From Candidatus Eiseniibacteriota bacterium (lineage in GTDB: Bacteria; Eisenbacteria; RBG-16-71-46): a stretch of DNA of 18,287 bases. Under the pieces are notes generated by a model that was not told the origin of the DNA, made no database searches, and was given only the letters and a program-made list of their open reading frames with translations. Both the position numbers and the translations under genes were made by a program. Where the stretch lies: assembly GCA_031364845.1 (NCBI GenBank), contig JANLWX010000105.1:1-18287 (forward strand). The letters run 5' to 3'. Positions within the stretch are counted from its first letter, which is position 1. Every line of letters starts with the position of its first letter. Positions 16,355-18,287 of this stretch are shown here, piece by piece.

Positions 16355-17725
16355 ATGTCGACCACCGAACGCGCTCCGCATGTGCTCGTCGCCGACGACC
16401 AGCCCGACGTGCTGCAGGCCGTGCGACTGCTGCTGCGCGGCGAGGGGCTCACGCTCGACACGGTGACGTCGCCGGGTGCCGCGATGCGCGCGCTCGAAAC
16501 CGGCGACTACGATCTCGTGTTGCTGGATCTCAACTACACGCGCGACACCACGTCGGGGCGTGAAGGACTCGATCTGCTCCAGCGCGTCCACGCGCTCGAC
16601 TCCACGCTTCCGGTGGTGGTGATGACGGCTTACGGCAGCGTCGAGGGCGCGGTCGAGGCGATGCGCCGCGGCGCGCGCGACTACGTCGAGAAGCCGTGGG
16701 ACAACGCGCGGTTGATCGCCACGCTCCGCACGCAGATCGAACTCGGGCGCGCACTGCGCGCGGGAGCGCGGCTCGCCGCGGAGAACCGGCTGCTGCGCAG
16801 CGCCGGCGAAGTCGACATGATCGCACGCTCCGCCGTGATGCGTCCGGTGCTGCAGCTCATGGAGCAGGTCGGGCCGTCGGACGCCAACGTGCTCGTGCTC
16901 GGCGAACACGGAACGGGCAAGGAGCTGGTCGCGCACGGATTGCATCGCGCTTCCAAGCGCGCGTCGCGCGCGCTCATCACCGTGAACGCCGGCGGTTTGC
17001 CCGAGGGCGTGTTCGAGAGCGAACTGTTCGGCCACGTGAAGGGCGCCTTCACCGGCGCGCGCAACGATCGCCAGGGTCGCTTCGAGCTGGCCGATCAGGG
17101 CACCCTGTTCCTCGATGAGATCGCGAACGTCCCGATGTCGCTCCAGGCCAAGCTGCTGCGCGTGCTGCAGACCGGCGAGCTGGAGCGCGTCGGCAGCTCG
17201 CGCACCCATCGCGTCGACGTGCGCGTGATCTCGGCGACGAATGCGAACCTCGCGGAGGAAGTGCAGGCCGGCCGCTTTCGCGAGGACCTGCTGTTCCGGC
17301 TCAACACGATCGAGATCAAGCTTCCGGCACTGCGTGAGCGCCGCGAGGACATCGCGCTGCTCGCCGATCACTTCCTGCGGCGCCACGCGGAGCGCTATCG
17401 CAAAGACCTCGCTGGCTTCGAGGCGCCCGCGATGCAGGCGCTGCTCGATCACGCGTGGCCCGGCAACGTGCGCGAACTGGATCACGCGATCGAGCGCGCC
17501 GTGCTGCTGGCCGCGGGGCCGGCCGTGCGCGGCAGTGATCTCGGCCTGCGCGCCGGTGGCGCCGACGGCGAGCGGCGGCTCGAGGATCTGCCGCTCGAAG
17601 AAGTCGAGCGCATGCTGATCGTGAAGGCGCTCAAGCGCCATGGCGGCAACGTGAGCGAAGCCGCGAAAGCGCTGGGGCTCTCGCGCAGCGCGCTCTACCG
17701 GCGGCTCGCGCAGCATGGTCTCTAG
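16355..17725 (+). CDS. NtrC-family sigma54-dependent response regulator (REC - AAA+ - Fis HTH)
   Basis: REC domain (VLVADDQ, LVLLDLNY, MTAYG, YVEKPW), Walker A GEHGTGKE, ESELFGHVKGAFTGA, Walker B LFLDEI, WPGNVREL, and HTH GNVSEAAKALGLSRSALYRRL. Confidence 0.96.
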   Translation: MSTTERAPHVLVADDQPDVLQAVRLLLRGEGLTLDTVTSPGAAMRALETGDYDLVLLDLNYTRDTTSGREGLDLLQRVHALDSTLPVVVMTAYGSVEGAVEAMRRGARDYVEKPWDNARLIATLRTQIELGRALRAGARLAAENRLLRSAGEVDMIARSAVMRPVLQLMEQVGPSDANVLVLGEHGTGKELVAHGLHRASKRASRALITVNAGGLPEGVFESELFGHVKGAFTGARNDRQGRFELADQGTLFLDEIANVPMSLQAKLLRVLQTGELERVGSSRTHRVDVRVISATNANLAEEVQAGRFREDLLFRLNTIEIKLPALRERREDIALLADHFLRRHAERYRKDLAGFEAPAMQALLDHAWPGNVRELDHAIERAVLLAAGPAVRGSDLGLRAGGADGERRLEDLPLEEVERMLIVKALKRHGGNVSEAAKALGLSRSALYRRLAQHGL

Positions 17726-18287
17726 GCGCCCGCGACCGTCCCGCGTCACGCACGACCAGCGCGCGTTCCTGATGGCGCTCGCCGGCGGGCTGCCGGCCGT
17801 GATCGCCACCATCGTGCTGCTGTGGATCGGCGATTTCTCACCCAAGGTGCGCTGGACGTTCGCCACGCTGGTGGTCGGCGTGTGGCTCGGGTTCGCCGGC
17901 GCGCTGCGCGAGCGCGTGATCCATCCGCTCCAGACGCTTTCCAACATGCTCGCCGCATTGCGCGAAGGCGACTTCACGATCCGCGGCCGCTCGACCTCGC
18001 GCGAAGATCCGCTCGGCCTCGCGTTCTTCGAAGCCAACACGCTGAGCGAGACGCTGCGCCAGCAGCGACTCGGCGCGCTCGAAGCCTCGGCGTTGCTGCT
18101 GCGCGTAATGGAAGAGATCGATGCCGCCGTGTTCGCGTTCGATTCCACGCGAGCGCTGCGGCTCGTCAACCGGGCCGGCGAGAAACTGCTCGGGCGGCCC
18201 GTAGAGCATCTGCTCGGCCGCGATGCCGCGACTCTAGGTCTCGACGAGGCGCTCGGAAGTGCGGAGTCCGGTGAGGCGGAGCCGTCG
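17715..18287 (+). CDS. Membrane sensor histidine kinase, N-terminal part (2 TM - HAMP - PAS); 3' end runs off the window
   Basis: Not in the ORF track. The ATG at 17715 overlaps the regulator's end and the frame is open to the edge: MVSRRPRPSRVTHDQRAFLMALAGGLPAVIATIVLLWIGDFSPKVRWTFATLVVGVWLGFAGALRERVIHPLQTLSNMLAALREGDFTIRG...VMEEIDAAVFAFDSTRALRLVNRAGEKLLG. The kinase core is not visible; it is inferred from architecture and adjacency. Confidence 0.82.
   Translation, partial: MVSRRPRPSRVTHDQRAFLMALAGGLPAVIATIVLLWIGDFSPKVRWTFATLVVGVWLGFAGALRERVIHPLQTLSNMLAALREGDFTIRGRSTSREDPLGLAFFEANTLSETLRQQRLGALEASALLLRVMEEIDAAVFAFDSTRALRLVNRAGEKLLGRPVEHLLGRDAATLGLDEALGSAESGEAEPS

Noticed and set aside
16016..18169. 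717-aa minus-strand ORF
   Set aside because: It is the antisense shadow of the sigma54 regulator and kinase genes.

Overview
This is a high-GC bacterial window. The gene content resembles Acidobacteriota, Gemmatimonadota or similar lineages, but that is an impression only. On the left, the minus strand carries the 5' part of a fused complex I nuoB-C(-D) gene that the ORF track missed. It is preceded not by nuoA but by an MntA/HepT-type (MNT + HEPN) toxin-antitoxin pair. Diverging from these is a plus-strand MacAB-like/ADOP ABC export cluster of about 11.3 kb: a HlyD-type adaptor that probably starts at CTG, ATPase 1, three tandem ~800-aa duplicated-FtsX permeases, an exported TPR protein, and ATPase 2 with a degenerate D-loop. 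After it come a lipoprotein of unknown function, a VOC protein, an FAD-dependent oxidoreductase, an NtrC-family sigma54 response regulator, and the 5' part of a 2-TM HAMP-PAS sensor kinase. The intergenic region at 1960-2341 is the most information-dense stretch. It holds tandem enhancer-like palindromes, an imperfect sigma54 -24/-12 element, a long base-paired leader with alternative pairings, and an SD-occluding hairpin ahead of the CTG start. My best candidate for an under-described system is a sigma54-driven multi-permease exporter with a sensor kinase that lacks an extracytoplasmic domain (Bce-like logic). All family calls are by motif recognition; no searches were run.
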